From: an uncultured beta proteobacterium
Lineage (GTDB): Bacteria; Pseudomonadota; Gammaproteobacteria; Burkholderiales; Burkholderiaceae_C
Direction of reading: 5' to 3'
NCBI GenBank assembly: GCA_903870065.1
Contig: CAIQBN010000397.1
Span: 1-62,892, forward strand
DNA: 62,892 nt
Shown here: positions 39,926-55,112 of the stretch, piece by piece
Numbering within the stretch: the stretch's first letter is position 1
Layout of the letters: every line of letters begins with the position of its first letter
Position numbers and translations under genes: made by a program
Notes under the pieces: generated by a model
Told to the model about the DNA's origin: nothing
What the model saw: the letters and a program-made list of their open reading frames with translations, nothing else
Database searches by the model: none

Positions 39926-40436
39926 TGGCCATTATGGGGCCTCGGGGACTCACCCTGTGGTTGCTGCTACAGCTCTAGCTACAGCGGTTCTTGTCCTGCA
40001 GCAGCTTGCGATGCTGGCGCCGATGCCAGCAACACCATCGGTCTGCTCGTTTATGGAGTCGCTGGACAGTCAGGTTTCTCCAGGGCCTGTTACCAGACTG
40101 ATACCAATGGGTTGCGTAGAGCCGGGTCGGTGCCCGCGCTGGTTGAATCAATGGGCAACCCTGAAAGTTCCGGTAAGCGGAGAGTTTTTTTAATTTTTAG
40201 TCTATTTTGGTGACATCATATGTTGTGCGCACCTTGAGCTTCGGTGTGTCTTTCGTTGTGGCAGATTGTGCGGTTCTTTCGCCTTGCATCGGGAATTGAA
40301 AGCCAATTGCCGTTCTGGCAAAGTCCTGGGGCATGTCCAGCAAATTACCCAAGAAGTTAGAAATGAAACCAGCTACAACCACCCAGCGCTTAAGCCCGCT
40401 CACCAAATCACCAGCCACAGCCCTGACTGCAATCAA

Positions 40437-40497
40437 TGGACATTTTGGCCTTTAGCCCTGGTATTTACTGCATGAAATGCTACTCTAAAGATAGCAA
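40437..40497 (-). repeat. 61-bp element family A, copy 4 (intergenic)
   Basis: Minus strand: ttGCTatctttagagtAGC atttcatGCA gtaaataccagGGCTaaaggc caaaatgtcca. Confidence 0.85.
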
Positions 40498-40515
40498 TTT
40501 CATCACCCGAGTCAG

Positions 40516-44543
<4,028 letters not shown>

Positions 44544-44562
<19 letters not shown>

Positions 44563-44604
44563 CTCTTAAGAAATATCCCTGAAACGCTATCAAATCAGCA
44601 GCAT
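44544..44604 (-). repeat. 61-bp element family A, copy 5 (contains the kinase stop codon)
   Basis: Minus strand: atGCTgctgatttgatAGC gtttcagGGA tatttcttaagAGCTaccgac tcaaatggtca. Confidence 0.72.
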
Positions 44605-44753
44605 CGGGCGTCACCAAGGCGCAATATGCCAAGGATGAGCTGATTGTTGAGCAGACCGAGTCGCGAATCAAAAGGGCCATAGATCAGTGCGGAGAAAGCG
44701 CCATAGAACAACACCGCCACCAATTGGAAGCGCCCTCGTTCCGCCGGAAACGC

Positions 44754-45836
44754 TCACATTGACCGGGCCGACTCGTCGCTGTCCTGTAGGGCTCCATGCT
44801 CCTCGGCATACCGGTCCTTGATGGCCAATACATCGGGCAATGCGGATCGAAATGCGGCAATCAGCTGCGGATCAAAATGCCGACCGGAACCCTCCTCGAT
44901 CATGGCAATAGCAGCCTGCACCGTCCAGGCTTCCTTGTAGGGTCGCACCGAAGTCAACGCGTCAAACACATCGGCAATTGCCACAATTCGCCCAAACAAT
45001 GGAATGGACAGCCCGCTGAGGCCCTGCGGATAACCTGTACCGTCCCACTTTTCATGGTGGGTGTAAGCCACTTCACGTGCCGCTTGCAACAGCGCATTCT
45101 TGTGCTGCCCCAAGATGTCGGCACCCATCGCCGGGTGCTGGCGCATAACCTCCCACTCGGGCGCGTCGAGTTTTCCAGGCTTGCGCAGGATATGGTCCGG
45201 TATGCCGATTTTTCCAAGGTCATGCATTGGCGCGGCGTGAAACAGCAAATCCACGGTATCGGCCCCCAGGCCCATGGCCTGAGCGATCAGGCGCGAATAG
45301 TGGCTCATGCGCAGCACATGGTTGCCAGTCTCGTTGTCCTTGAATTCAGCGGCCCGACCCAATCGGTGAATGATCTGCAAGCGCGTTATCTCCAGCTCTG
45401 CCGTGCGCAGACTGACCATCATTTCAAGCTCACGCGTCTGGTCGTACAACGCCAGATGCGTGCGAACCCGCGCCAGTACGATCGGGCGACTGATCGGCTT
45501 GGTGATGTAGTCCACAGCTCCCAACTCGAAACCAATTCGCTCATCCTCGATTTCATTCATGCTGGTCACAAAAATGATTGGGATGCGCCGGGTATTGCTG
45601 TCCTGTTTGAGGCGCTGACAAACCTCATAACCACTGATGCCTGGCATCATGACGTCCAGCAAAATCAAGTCGGGTTTTTGCTCGCCTAATGCAATTTTCA
45701 GTGCCCGCTCACCATTGACGGCAATTTTGATCCGGTAAAACGGCGATAGCACCTCATTGAGTACGTCTATGTTTTCCGGTGCGTTATCCACTATCAAAAC
45801 GGTTTGCCGCATCGTTGGAACCGTCAACTCAGTCAT
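44754..45836 (-). CDS. REC-HD-GYP response regulator (c-di-GMP phosphodiesterase)
   Basis: Motifs [30 protein letters not shown]...RPYK. Confidence 0.93.
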   Translation of the reverse strand: MTELTVPTMRQTVLIVDNAPENIDVLNEVLSPFYRIKIAVNGERALKIALGEQKPDLILLDVMMPGISGYEVCQRLKQDSNTRRIPIIFVTSMNEIEDERIGFELGAVDYITKPISRPIVLARVRTHLALYDQTRELEMMVSLRTAELEITRLQIIHRLGRAAEFKDNETGNHVLRMSHYSRLIAQAMGLGADTVDLLFHAAPMHDLGKIGIPDHILRKPGKLDAPEWEVMRQHPAMGADILGQHKNALLQAAREVAYTHHEKWDGTGYPQGLSGLSIPLFGRIVAIADVFDALTSVRPYKEAWTVQAAIAMIEEGSGRHFDPQLIAAFRSALPDVLAIKDRYAEEHGALQDSDESARSM

Positions 45837-48800
45837 GGTGGACCCCCGCTACATTACTTTGCGTTTCCAAAAGTCTGATTGTCCCATTGACGGCTGCCAG
45901 GGCCGCTTCAAAATCATAGGTGCCAATCAACTCCTTGATCTCTGCGGCGTTGCGGTCATACCCCAGGGCAATTAATCGCCCGGCAATGCCATCCACCCGC
46001 CGCGCAGCATCGGAGTCATCGTCTGCCAACAAGGCGGCCAGGTCAACCAAATCCTGCTGTAACACCCGCCGGTCCACGTTCTGCCCCGGCAGCACCCCTG
46101 GTGACATGACTGGCCCGGTATCAAGCGCCGCATCAATGCGTCGTATCAACACGCTCAACAGCTTGTCCATTGCAGCCACTGAGTCAGGCAAACCGGCGGC
46201 ATCATTCAGCCGGGCGGCACGCTCTACAACATGACACAGGTCGTGCAGTTCCATCGCACCGATATTGCCAGCAAGTCCTTTGGTGTTGTGCGCCTCACTG
46301 ACAACACACTGCAAGTCTCCCGACTGCAGCGCCTGCCGGATGCGGTTGGCCGTTTCACGTTGCGTCTGTGAAAAGCGCAGCACCAATTTGCGCACCAAGG
46401 CGCTCTTTCCCCCCAGGCGCTGCACTGCCAGCGCCAGATTGAGTCCCTCAATCTGCGGTAGTTGACCAACCGGCACTTCCGCAACCGGTCCGGTATCGGC
46501 CTGCGCCGGTGTCGCACGCAACACCTTGGGCACAATCCAGCGTGCCATGGTAGTGAAAAGTTGGTGAACGTCGATTGGCTTGCCAATGTGGTCGTTCATT
46601 CCGGCGGCCAGGCACAACTCCCGCTCGCTGCTCATGGCGTTGGCCGTCATTGCCAGTATCGGCAATTGGGTAAAACGCGGATCCGCACGCAAAAAACGGG
46701 TCGCCTCGTATCCATCCATCACCGGCATTTGACAATCCATCAGCACGCCGTCGTAGTTGGTACACAACACCTTGTCGACCGCCATCGCGCCATTGTTTGC
46801 AACGTCGACACGAATCCCCGCACCTTCCAGAATTTCGATTGCCAACTCCTGATTCACCGGGTTATCGTCCACCAGCAACAAGTAGGCGCCACGCATTTTT
46901 TGTTCCGCCTCCAAATTAGCATCCTGGCGCTGTTGTTTTCTGCCCCTGGTTGCCACTTCTTTGCCCAAAGCCGACAGGACACTGTCAAACAGCGCCGAGG
47001 GCTCTACCGGCTTGATCAAAACGCCATCAATGCGTGTACCCTGCAGGGCTTCCAGCATCTCGTCCTGAGAATGCGTCGTCACCATCACCACTGCGGGTGT
47101 TCCCTCTATTTGCGGATGTTTTCTAAGCCGCGCAATGCTGGCGAGCCCATCGAGCCCGGGCATCATCCAGTCCATAAAAACCAGCCCATAGGGGCGCCGC
47201 TGCTCGTGCGCCTCGAGCAGTTCGGCAATGGCGGCTTCTCCACTCTGAACGGCAGTCGCGTCAAATTTTTGCGAGGCCAGATTGGCCAAAATGATTTCAC
47301 GTGAGCGTGCGTTGTCATCCACCACCAAAATCCGCAAGGCCGCGTCTGACTCATCCAGTTTGCTGTGCACACGCTGCTGTGCCTGAAGCCCAAAGCGCGC
47401 CGTGAAGTGAAAGTTGCTGCCCTTGCCCGGTTCGCTTTCAGCGCCAATTTCACCACCCATTTGTTCCACCAGGCGCTTGCTGATGGTCAGCCCCAAACCA
47501 GTGCCGCCGTATTTGCGGGTTGTCGATGCGTCAGCCTGGGAAAAAGCGCTAAAGAGTTTGGCGCGCTGAGGCTCAGTCAGACCCACGCCGGTATCAATGA
47601 TGTCAAATCGCAAGCCAATTTCCCCCTGCGCCAATACCAGATCGACCGACTGGGTTCGAATCCGCAAGACTACTTCCCCATAGTCGGTAAATTTGATAGC
47701 GTTACCCACCAGGTTAAGCAGCACTTGGCCCAATCGCAATGCATCACCCACCAATGCTTTCGGCACGTCCGGGCTGATGTCGAACAACAATTCAAGCCCT
47801 TTTTCCTGCGCCTTGACGCCGTTCAGATCCGCCAGACTCTCCAACACATCTTCCAGATGAAAATCAGCATTCTCAAAGGTCATCTTGCCGGCCTCAATCT
47901 TGGAGAAATCCAAAATGTCATTGATGATGCCCAGTAAACTTCGCGCAGCGCCATTGACCTTTTCAATGTAATTGCGCTGCTTGTCAGAAAGGTCCGTTTT
48001 CAGGGCAAGAAGTGACATGCCGATGATGGCGTTCATGGGTGTGCGAATTTCGTGGCTCATATTGGCCAGAAAATCACTTTTGTCCCGATCCGCCTGTTCG
48101 AGCTCCTGATTCTTCTGCTGAATTTCCAAGAACAACCGCGCGTTGTGCTCGCGCGCCTCATTCAGTCCATCAATTGCGGCCAGCAAATTGTTGTTCTTGG
48201 TCTCAACAATCCGATGCTGCTCTTCGATCAACACATTTTTCTCGCTGATCTGCCGATTGAAGCGGGCCAAACTGCGGTTGCGCGCAACAAAACCAAGCAC
48301 AACCAATGCAGCAGCGCCAGCGAGCTTCCACAAGAGGGTGTAGTCGATACCCTGGTCAAGCCGCACTGAAATCCACTTGTTGATAATTGCGCGTCGTTCC
48401 TCGTCGCTGATCGAATCGGTTGCCTTTTGCATGATGCCGGCCAGCAGCGGTTCGTCATTGCGCGAGGTCACACACAAATCCAATGTGAAGTCGAGCTTGC
48501 CGGAAATTTTCAGGTCTAACATTGAAAACTTTTGCAGCCCATACGCAATGGTCGGCATCGTGTCAATATAGCCCCACAGTTCGCCTTTTCGCACCCGCTC
48601 CAGACCGTCCTGTGTGCTCTGCACTTCTGTAATCTGGATGTCCGGATACCGCTTGCGCAGCATCGCCACGAACACATAACCCTTGATGATGCCGATCTTG
48701 CGACTGCCGATCTCGGAACCGTCCTCAATAAACATCTCGCTGGCCTGCGTGGCAATGACCAGCGGTTGCACGATGTAGGGATTGGTAAAGTTCATCGCGT

Positions 48801-49200
48801 CACGGCGGCTTGGCACATTGGCCGACATCGACAAAATGTCACATTCCCGCGCACGGATGGCAGCCAATGACGCATCCCATTGCGCCGTGGGATGAAGGAC
48901 GATCGGAATGCCCAGACGCTCCTGCATCAAAGCGATCATTTCTGCGCCAATGCCCTCATGTTGCCCATTTTCATTGATCCGCTCATAGGGCAGCCAGTCT
49001 GGCTGCACGCACATGGTGAGACGGCGCTTACCGTCCAGATATGCACGCTCAGCATCGGTCAGCACAATATGGCGGTCCACCGACTGCACAGCAGGTGCAT
49101 GTGCGCCAATTGCCCAAGTGGCAAATAATGCCAACAAAAACAAGATGACCGCATCGCGCAGGCCCGCCCACGGGCACAGCCCGTTGCCTGTGTTCGTCAT
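45829..49200 (-). CDS. Hybrid histidine kinase with a periplasmic PBP2 sensor, two REC domains and HPt
   Basis: PBPb region DWLPYE; [14 protein letters not shown]; MDWMMP and MDCQMP receivers; AHNTKG HPt. Confidence 0.92.
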   Translation of the reverse strand: MTNTGNGLCPWAGLRDAVILFLLALFATWAIGAHAPAVQSVDRHIVLTDAERAYLDGKRRLTMCVQPDWLPYERINENGQHEGIGAEMIALMQERLGIPIVLHPTAQWDASLAAIRARECDILSMSANVPSRRDAMNFTNPYIVQPLVIATQASEMFIEDGSEIGSRKIGIIKGYVFVAMLRKRYPDIQITEVQSTQDGLERVRKGELWGYIDTMPTIAYGLQKFSMLDLKISGKLDFTLDLCVTSRNDEPLLAGIMQKATDSISDEERRAIINKWISVRLDQGIDYTLLWKLAGAAALVVLGFVARNRSLARFNRQISEKNVLIEEQHRIVETKNNNLLAAIDGLNEAREHNARLFLEIQQKNQELEQADRDKSDFLANMSHEIRTPMNAIIGMSLLALKTDLSDKQRNYIEKVNGAARSLLGIINDILDFSKIEAGKMTFENADFHLEDVLESLADLNGVKAQEKGLELLFDISPDVPKALVGDALRLGQVLLNLVGNAIKFTDYGEVVLRIRTQSVDLVLAQGEIGLRFDIIDTGVGLTEPQRAKLFSAFSQADASTTRKYGGTGLGLTISKRLVEQMGGEIGAESEPGKGSNFHFTARFGLQAQQRVHSKLDESDAALRILVVDDNARSREIILANLASQKFDATAVQSGEAAIAELLEAHEQRRPYGLVFMDWMMPGLDGLASIARLRKHPQIEGTPAVVMVTTHSQDEMLEALQGTRIDGVLIKPVEPSALFDSVLSALGKEVATRGRKQQRQDANLEAEQKMRGAYLLLVDDNPVNQELAIEILEGAGIRVDVANNGAMAVDKVLCTNYDGVLMDCQMPVMDGYEATRFLRADPRFTQLPILAMTANAMSSERELCLAAGMNDHIGKPIDVHQLFTTMARWIVPKVLRATPAQADTGPVAEVPVGQLPQIEGLNLALAVQRLGGKSALVRKLVLRFSQTQRETANRIRQALQSGDLQCVVSEAHNTKGLAGNIGAMELHDLCHVVERAARLNDAAGLPDSVAAMDKLLSVLIRRIDAALDTGPVMSPGVLPGQNVDRRVLQQDLVDLAALLADDDSDAARRVDGIAGRLIALGYDRNAAEIKELIGTYDFEAALAAVNGTIRLLETQSNVAGVHHD

Positions 49201-49396
49201 GTCTCCTGCATCCTGTCCAACATCCGCATCGGCTTGCCCATTGCTTGGCCTCTAGTCATAGTTCTGAATTGCATCTGCGAACTCGCCAAAAATGCTGGCG
49301 TCGTGCGCGATCTTACTGAATCCGTGCAGAAATCCCCAGTTTTTTGATATATCTCACAACCGTCGGCGATACCAACAACACGACGGACCCGGACAT

Positions 49397-50632
49397 TCAA
49401 TTTGTCGCTGCGCCGCTTTCAAACCAGATCTTGATCAATGCCCGTTCGGGCTCGGTGATGGCGGTTGCGTTGTTCATTGGCATCACGCGACTCACCACCG
49501 ATTGCTGATAGATAGCCTGCGCATGCTGTTTCACCCCTTGCGGCGAATCCAGTCGCACACTCTTCATCTGCACCTGTGCGCCGTGGCACAAATAACAGCG
49601 CTGTTCCAATACTGCCTGTATCGTCTTATAGGAAATTGAACCGGTAGCCCCCGATTCAATTGCTTGCGTAGCTCCTGATTTTGTAGCGGTCGCGGCAGGC
49701 ACAGGGTCCGGACTTAGCCACACAACGGTGGCACCAATGAGCGTCAGACCAGTCAGCGCATAGCGCCAGGGGTGGCGGTTGCGTCCGAGCTTGAAGCCAT
49801 GGCGCAACACAAAGAATTGCCGGATCGCAGCGCCAGCAAACATCATCAGCACCAAAACCAACCAGTTTTGCGGGTGCGAGTAGGTAAAACTATAGTGGCC
49901 ACTGAGCATGGCGAACAACACCGGAAGCGTGAAATAGGTGTTGTGGACGCTGCGCTGCTTTCCACGCTGACCATGGATCGGGTCAACAGGTCGGCCAGCC
50001 TGGATGTCGGCCACCACAGTTCGTTGGCCAGGAATGATCCAAAAAAACACATTGGCACTCATGCTGGTCGCGATCATCGCGCCCACCAACAAAAAGGCAG
50101 CACGTCCGGCAAACCAGTGGCAGGCCAGCCAGGAGGCCAGTGCCACCAACAGGAGCACCAAGGCTCCCACAATGGCGTCGCCACCTTTGCGCTGACCAAA
50201 ATAGCGGCATATACCGTCGTAGGCAAGCCAAAACACCGCCAGAAATGCCAATGCGGTCGCAATAGCTGCAGAGGCAGACCAGTCCATGACGGACTTGTCA
50301 ATTAGGTAGGTCCCCGCGCTCCACAAATAGGACACCGTAAACAGCGAGAAACCGCTCAGCCACGTGCTGTAACTTTCCCAGTAGAACCAATGCAGATGGG
50401 CGGGCAACTGGGGCGGCGCGCCGAGAAACTTGACCGGGTGGTAGAAGCCACCACCGTGCACGGCCCACAGTTCTCCGCTAACCCCCTGGCGTTTGAGATC
50501 CTCGTCAACCGGTGGCGTCAGACTGCTGTCCAGAAACACAAAATAGAAGGATGAACCCACCCAGGCAATCGCCGTAATGACGTGAACCCAGCGCAACAGC
50601 AAATTGGCCCAGTCCAGCAAATAACTTTCCAT
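49397..50632 (-). CDS. puuD: Membrane urate hydroxylase with a C-terminal cytochrome c
   Basis: Motifs RWVHVI, LWAVHGGGFY, RSVHNTYFTLP, and heme motif CYLCH. Confidence 0.9.
   Translation of the reverse strand: MESYLLDWANLLLRWVHVITAIAWVGSSFYFVFLDSSLTPPVDEDLKRQGVSGELWAVHGGGFYHPVKFLGAPPQLPAHLHWFYWESYSTWLSGFSLFTVSYLWSAGTYLIDKSVMDWSASAAIATALAFLAVFWLAYDGICRYFGQRKGGDAIVGALVLLLVALASWLACHWFAGRAAFLLVGAMIATSMSANVFFWIIPGQRTVVADIQAGRPVDPIHGQRGKQRSVHNTYFTLPVLFAMLSGHYSFTYSHPQNWLVLVLMMFAGAAIRQFFVLRHGFKLGRNRHPWRYALTGLTLIGATVVWLSPDPVPAATATKSGATQAIESGATGSISYKTIQAVLEQRCYLCHGAQVQMKSVRLDSPQGVKQHAQAIYQQSVVSRVMPMNNATAITEPERALIKIWFESGAATN
49629..49689 (-). repeat. 61-bp element family A, copy 6 (puuD TM/cytochrome c linker)
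   Basis: Minus strand: ccGCTacaaaatcaggAGC tacgcaaGCA attgaatcgggGGCTaccggt tcaatttccta. Confidence 0.8.
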
Positions 50633-50699
50633 GCGAGGTAATCTCCTTGGTTTTGGGGCAAAGTGTATACAGTTTTACCCGTCGCCTGCATTCAGCGCG

Positions 50700-51500
50700 T
50701 TATGGCCGGACGAGCAAGATCTGGGCCGCTACGGCCACTGCGATCACCTCTGGCCGTTTGTCGGCAATTCCACTGATCCCAATCGGGCAGGTCACATGGT
50801 CAAGCTCGGTGGGCGAGAAGCCGCGCACCATCAGGCGCTGCCGAAAGGATGCCCACTTGGTCTTGCTCCCGATGAGGCCCACATAAGGCAAATCGCCCTG
50901 CGCACGCTGTCGTGCCAGGCAAGCGGCCACCACGTCAAGGTCTTCGGCATGACTGAAGCTCATGATCAGCACCCGCGAACCCGAAGCGAGATCACCAACC
51001 GCAGCGCAAACCGGATCGCTGTGTTCGCAGCGCACGCGCTGGGCTAATTCATCGGGAAAAATCTCATCTCGGCTGTCGATCCACACCAGATTCACCGGTA
51101 GCGCCACCAACACGTGCGCTACGGCACGTCCCACATGCCCGCCACCAAACAAAGCCACCGGCCAGTGAACCGGCGCAAGGCGTGCCCGCAGTAATTCAAG
51201 GTCCTGCAACTCAATTCGTTCGAACGTCAAGGTAACTTCACCGCCGCAGCATTGCCCTAAGGTCGGACCTAGGGGATAACGCACCACCGATTCACCGCCA
51301 GCCTGAAGCAGCAGAAGGCGTGCGTGTTGAATGGCAACCAATTCCAGCTGCCCTCCACCAATCGTAGCCAGCGTGTCAGCAGAAAAAACCGCCATCCAGG
51401 AACCCGCGTCGCGTGGTGCCGACCCACGTGTCGCCTGCACTGTCACCAAAATGGCGGATTCACACTGCAGCCGCTCCAGCAATTGCGACAATACATTCAC
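50700..51500 (-). CDS. xdhC: Xanthine dehydrogenase accessory protein
   Basis: Motifs GSAPR, TIGGGQLE, LGQCCGG, GLIGSKTK, CPIG. Confidence 0.93.
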   Translation of the reverse strand: MNVLSQLLERLQCESAILVTVQATRGSAPRDAGSWMAVFSADTLATIGGGQLELVAIQHARLLLLQAGGESVVRYPLGPTLGQCCGGEVTLTFERIELQDLELLRARLAPVHWPVALFGGGHVGRAVAHVLVALPVNLVWIDSRDEIFPDELAQRVRCEHSDPVCAAVGDLASGSRVLIMSFSHAEDLDVVAACLARQRAQGDLPYVGLIGSKTKWASFRQRLMVRGFSPTELDHVTCPIGISGIADKRPEVIAVAVAAQILLVRP

Positions 51501-51591
51501 ATTCAGATACCTTATTTGTAGTTAACCGGGCTTCAGTCGTCCGATACTCAGACACAGTATGCCTTTGCCACCTTGATTTACGTCCCGCCCC

Positions 51592-52113
51592 ATGACAAAT
51601 GCACCTCGCCAGCCGTCCCGATGCCGCACCGGCCTGTGGGCCTGCATTGCAAGCTTTGTGGCCGGCTGTACGTCCGCGCCTCCCAAACAACCGACTGAGC
51701 CTGTAAGCGCCCGCCCGGTCCAGGTCCAGCCGACACCGGCGCCGCCAGTGGCAACTGCACCGGTGCCAAAAATATCCAACGCCAGAACACCACGCGACTA
51801 CCGCCACGATGCAGCGTCACATCTCTATGCACACAACAGCAGTCGCATCTTCTCAGGAAAATTGCCACCCCAGCTTTACGCCATTGGCGTATTGCAAGTC
51901 GACATCAACGCCCATGGCGCGGTCACGGCATTACGCTGGATGCGCGCTCCCAGCCATGCGCCGGAAGTGGTATCCGAAATTGAACGGACCGTAAAACAGG
52001 CTGCGCCCTACCCCGCACCGGCCAAGTTAAACCGGGTCACCTACACCGACACGTGGTTGTGGGACCGCAGCGGACGCTTTCAACTTGACACCCTGACCGA
52101 AGGCCAGCTTTAG
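51592..52113 (+). CDS. Hypothetical lipoprotein with a TonB-C-like domain
   Basis: Lipobox VAGC, Pro-rich linker, C-terminus TWLWDRSGRFQLDTLTEGQ. Confidence 0.65.
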   Translation: MTNAPRQPSRCRTGLWACIASFVAGCTSAPPKQPTEPVSARPVQVQPTPAPPVATAPVPKISNARTPRDYRHDAASHLYAHNSSRIFSGKLPPQLYAIGVLQVDINAHGAVTALRWMRAPSHAPEVVSEIERTVKQAAPYPAPAKLNRVTYTDTWLWDRSGRFQLDTLTEGQL

Positions 52114-52151
52114 TTGCCGCAGACAATATTGCGAGCACCCGCCTTGACTGT

Positions 52152-54011
52152 TTAATTGACCACGGAGGGTGCCGTCATTGGCAATGTCAGCTCGAAGACC
52201 GCGCCACCCTGAGGCGGCGTTTGAACATTGATTTGTCCACCCAGGACTTTGGTCACAATCCGATGCGAGATGGACAGGCCAAGTCCTGATCCACCGCGCC
52301 CCAACTTGGTCGTAAAAAATGGATCAAATATTTGTCCCAGGTGCTCGCCCGAGATACCTGATCCGTTGTCTTCAACAATCACCCGCACCACGTCTGCCCC
52401 GTGTTGAAACGCCCTTACCCGAATAATTCCGTTGGTACGGCCATCAAAAGCATGGGTGACCGAATTCGTAACCAGATTGATGACGACCTGCCCCAACGGC
52501 CCGGGAAAGCTGTCCATCGTCAAATTGACGGGTAATTCCAATTCGAGTCGCAAGGACAAGCGCTTGATGTTGGGGCGCAGGGTCTCAACAACTTCCCTGA
52601 GCGCCTGCGCCAGGTCAAAGCTACGCCTTCGCTCTGACACCTGGTCAACCGCAACTTGCTTAAAGCTCGCAATGAGCATCACGGCCCGCTCCAGGGATCG
52701 TTCAGTCAAGAGCGCTCCCTCGGCAATCCGGCTGAGAAAAGACTGAAATGCGGACTTTTTAAGCTCGCCCAGAGCGACTGCATCCAGCATATCCTTCACT
52801 TCTTTTGACAAAGTTCTTGAGGTGACGAGTGCATTGCCCAAAGGCGTGTTGAGTTCATGCGCCACGCCTGCAACCAGGCTGCCAAGCGAAGCGAGCTTTT
52901 CCGACTGCAGTAACTCGTCTTGAGTGTGTTTCAGACGGCTCATGGTCCGCGTCAACTCCTGATTGGAGTCGTCTAGTTCTCGCGTGCGTTCGACCACTCG
53001 TTGTTCCAGACCTGTATTGAGCTCCTTCAACTCCGACTCCAGGCGCTTACGCTCGGTCACATCGACCGACATCGTCAGCACACAATCTTCCTCGCCGTAA
53101 AAAAAGCGCTCAGATGACAACATAAAACTGCGCGGCGTTCCATCGCGCATTTGAAAGGTGACCTCATAACCACTCACCCGCCCGTCTGCGGCAAATCGGT
53201 CTATCCAGCCCTGTCGCTGGCCCAGATCACGCCAAAAACCGAGATCAACCGAAGTTTTGCCCAGAACATCCTCCTTCTGATACTTGAAAAATCGTTCCCA
53301 GGCAGGATTCACGTCAACATAGACACCGCGGTTGTAACTGGCGACGGTGATAGGCAAGGGGCTGGCCATCAACAGTTGGGAGACTTTCTGCTCCGTAAAA
53401 CGGGTTGCCCGTTCTTGTTGCGCCAACTCCTGAACTTTTCCCAGCAAGCTTGAATTCAGTGCCCTGACTTCGGCCAAATTGTTTTCATGGGTTCGCAGCA
53501 CCTGCCGCAAGACCAAATACCCCACGAGCCACACACTGGTCATGGCTAGCCAGTGACCCAGTCCGGCCGCCATCGGATCGGGCAGCCACCACCCAATGTG
53601 GGTAGACCAGGTCAATGCCGCGATCCATGTCACCGAAGCCACCAATAGCCAAAACGCCTGGCGCAACCCCAGCAGCCATCCACCCATCAAAACCAAGACC
53701 AAGCTGCCGTACAAAATCGGATTGAGCGTCCCACCGCGAATCGTCGACTGCACCATGATCGCCAACCAGATAGACCATACGTAAACCGTAAAGCCCAAAC
53801 GTTGACCGACGCGGTTGCGCAGCATGTTGCAAAACGGGCCGCCAGCAGCAATCACTGCAGGCGCCACCAGACGGGCTGGCTCACCACCGATTAGCCAGAC
53901 CACGCCCATGTACACCAGGCAGCTCAATGTCGTCAGCTGTATCAGCCGGTCGAATAACGGATTCAGCCCATCGCCTTCAGTTCCGGCGGGCGCGCCAAAG
54001 CCAGTCGTCAT
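52152..54011 (-). CDS. Membrane PAS-domain sensor histidine kinase
   Basis: Multiple N-terminal TMs, PAS, VAHELNTPLGN, GSGLGL. Confidence 0.9.
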   Translation of the reverse strand: MTTGFGAPAGTEGDGLNPLFDRLIQLTTLSCLVYMGVVWLIGGEPARLVAPAVIAAGGPFCNMLRNRVGQRLGFTVYVWSIWLAIMVQSTIRGGTLNPILYGSLVLVLMGGWLLGLRQAFWLLVASVTWIAALTWSTHIGWWLPDPMAAGLGHWLAMTSVWLVGYLVLRQVLRTHENNLAEVRALNSSLLGKVQELAQQERATRFTEQKVSQLLMASPLPITVASYNRGVYVDVNPAWERFFKYQKEDVLGKTSVDLGFWRDLGQRQGWIDRFAADGRVSGYEVTFQMRDGTPRSFMLSSERFFYGEEDCVLTMSVDVTERKRLESELKELNTGLEQRVVERTRELDDSNQELTRTMSRLKHTQDELLQSEKLASLGSLVAGVAHELNTPLGNALVTSRTLSKEVKDMLDAVALGELKKSAFQSFLSRIAEGALLTERSLERAVMLIASFKQVAVDQVSERRRSFDLAQALREVVETLRPNIKRLSLRLELELPVNLTMDSFPGPLGQVVINLVTNSVTHAFDGRTNGIIRVRAFQHGADVVRVIVEDNGSGISGEHLGQIFDPFFTTKLGRGGSGLGLSISHRIVTKVLGGQINVQTPPQGGAVFELTLPMTAPSVVN

Positions 54012-54258
54012 AATTGGAATGGAGCTTTCAAAGCAGTTCACCTACTGCGCCAAAGTTTGACTCTGTCTGAACCACTCTATTGGAAAGAAATTGGGTTGAA
54101 CGATCGCCAATGATTCGCAGTATGTCACGTTGAAAAGCCTCAGGTGTGTCGCCGGGTATTTGCCATTGACCAGCACCGCAACCAGGACCGCGCCCGAACA
54201 CTTGGCCGCACGATGTGATCCAATAGAGGGATGACCGCACAACCGTGAGAGGCAGGAT

Positions 54259-54558
54259 ATGTCATCGATTTCGTCAATTTCACAATCCGGCATGCAAGCC
54301 GCACAAACTGCACTTGGTTCCGCTGCGCACAATATAGCCAACAACAGCACGCCGGACTTTCGCCGCCAGCAAGTTGCGCAAAAAGAGCAGTCAGGTGGCG
54401 GTGTTACAACCTCACTTCGTCAAGCAGACATTGCCGGCGCGCAGCTGCAGACCGATGTCGTAGCGCAATTGCAGGCGAAAAATGCTTTTTTGATTAATCT
54501 TGCCGTATTCAAGACGGGCAACCAGATGGCGGGTGCTTTACTGGATCGCTCTGCGTAG
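54259..54558 (+). CDS. Small flagellar basal-body-rod-like protein
   Basis: N-terminal rod motif SGMQAA...AHNIAN-x2-TPDF; AGGA RBS. Confidence 0.75.
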   Translation: MSSISSISQSGMQAAQTALGSAAHNIANNSTPDFRRQQVAQKEQSGGGVTTSLRQADIAGAQLQTDVVAQLQAKNAFLINLAVFKTGNQMAGALLDRSA

Positions 54559-54562
54559 CCAC

Positions 54563-54593
54563 AAAAAAAACCCCAACCCTTGCGAGGTTGGGG
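54563..54593 (-). terminator. Strong intrinsic terminator, minus-strand orientation
   Basis: ccccaacc/ggttgggg stem with an 8-T tail on the minus strand. Confidence 0.85.
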
Positions 54594-54672
54594 GTAAAGC
54601 AAAGTCGCGATTTCAACTTCACCATGAGACGCGACCCCTCAGTCGCATTGAGACTAAGCAACATTGATGCCA
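54563..54672 (-). ncRNA. Candidate ~110-nt small RNA
   Basis: Orphan terminator preceded by hairpins whose loops carry UCA(A)UG; no credible ORF. Confidence 0.5.
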
Positions 54673-54824
54673 GACCACAGTTCTACTGGGGTCCAAAAGA
54701 CAGGCAGCCTGCAACTGGTTAAACTCAAGCCGCCGAACTGAACGCTGTGGTTCCATCGTTCGAGCTGCAATCCATTTTTTTGAACTCCTTTCACGGCCCA
54801 CACTCCAAGTGATTTCCTATTGAC

Positions 54825-55106
54825 GTGAAAGACCACTACGCATCCCTGGGTGTCAGCAGTGCTGCAAGCCTGACCGACATCAAAAAAGCATTTCGCCAGC
54901 AAGCGTCGCTGCACCACCCGGACCGCAACCCGGATCCGGGAGCGCCGGCGCGGTTTCGTGCGGTACAGGAAGCCTATGACGTGTTGTCAGACGATGCCAA
55001 GCGGCAAGCCTATGACGACAACCGCCGCCGCAACCTGCTGGACAGTCCGATCGACACCGCACGCGACATTTGGCAAAACTATTTCAATCGAATTTTGGAG
55101 CAATAG
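54825..55106 (+). CDS. atcJ: Short J-domain co-chaperone, AtcJ-like
   Basis: HPD motif; 93 aa; C-terminal P-X7-W (PIDTARDIW). Confidence 0.82.
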   Translation: MKDHYASLGVSSAASLTDIKKAFRQQASLHHPDRNPDPGAPARFRAVQEAYDVLSDDAKRQAYDDNRRRNLLDSPIDTARDIWQNYFNRILEQ

Positions 55107-55112
55107 ACCGGC

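Noticed and set aside
39921-39981. Possible ninth family A copy upstream of rsmH (minus strand, GCT-N11-AGC...GGC)
   Set aside because: The spacer is not AT-rich, GCA and the tail tract are missing, and a local gctacagc duplication explains the match.
39930-40436. Short ORFs between rsmH and the hybrid kinase
   Set aside because: No recognisable homology, RBS or IS termini; possibly decayed DNA.
54619-54917. Short minus-strand ORFs upstream of the 54563 terminator
   Set aside because: No recognisable protein features; the structured-RNA reading fits better.
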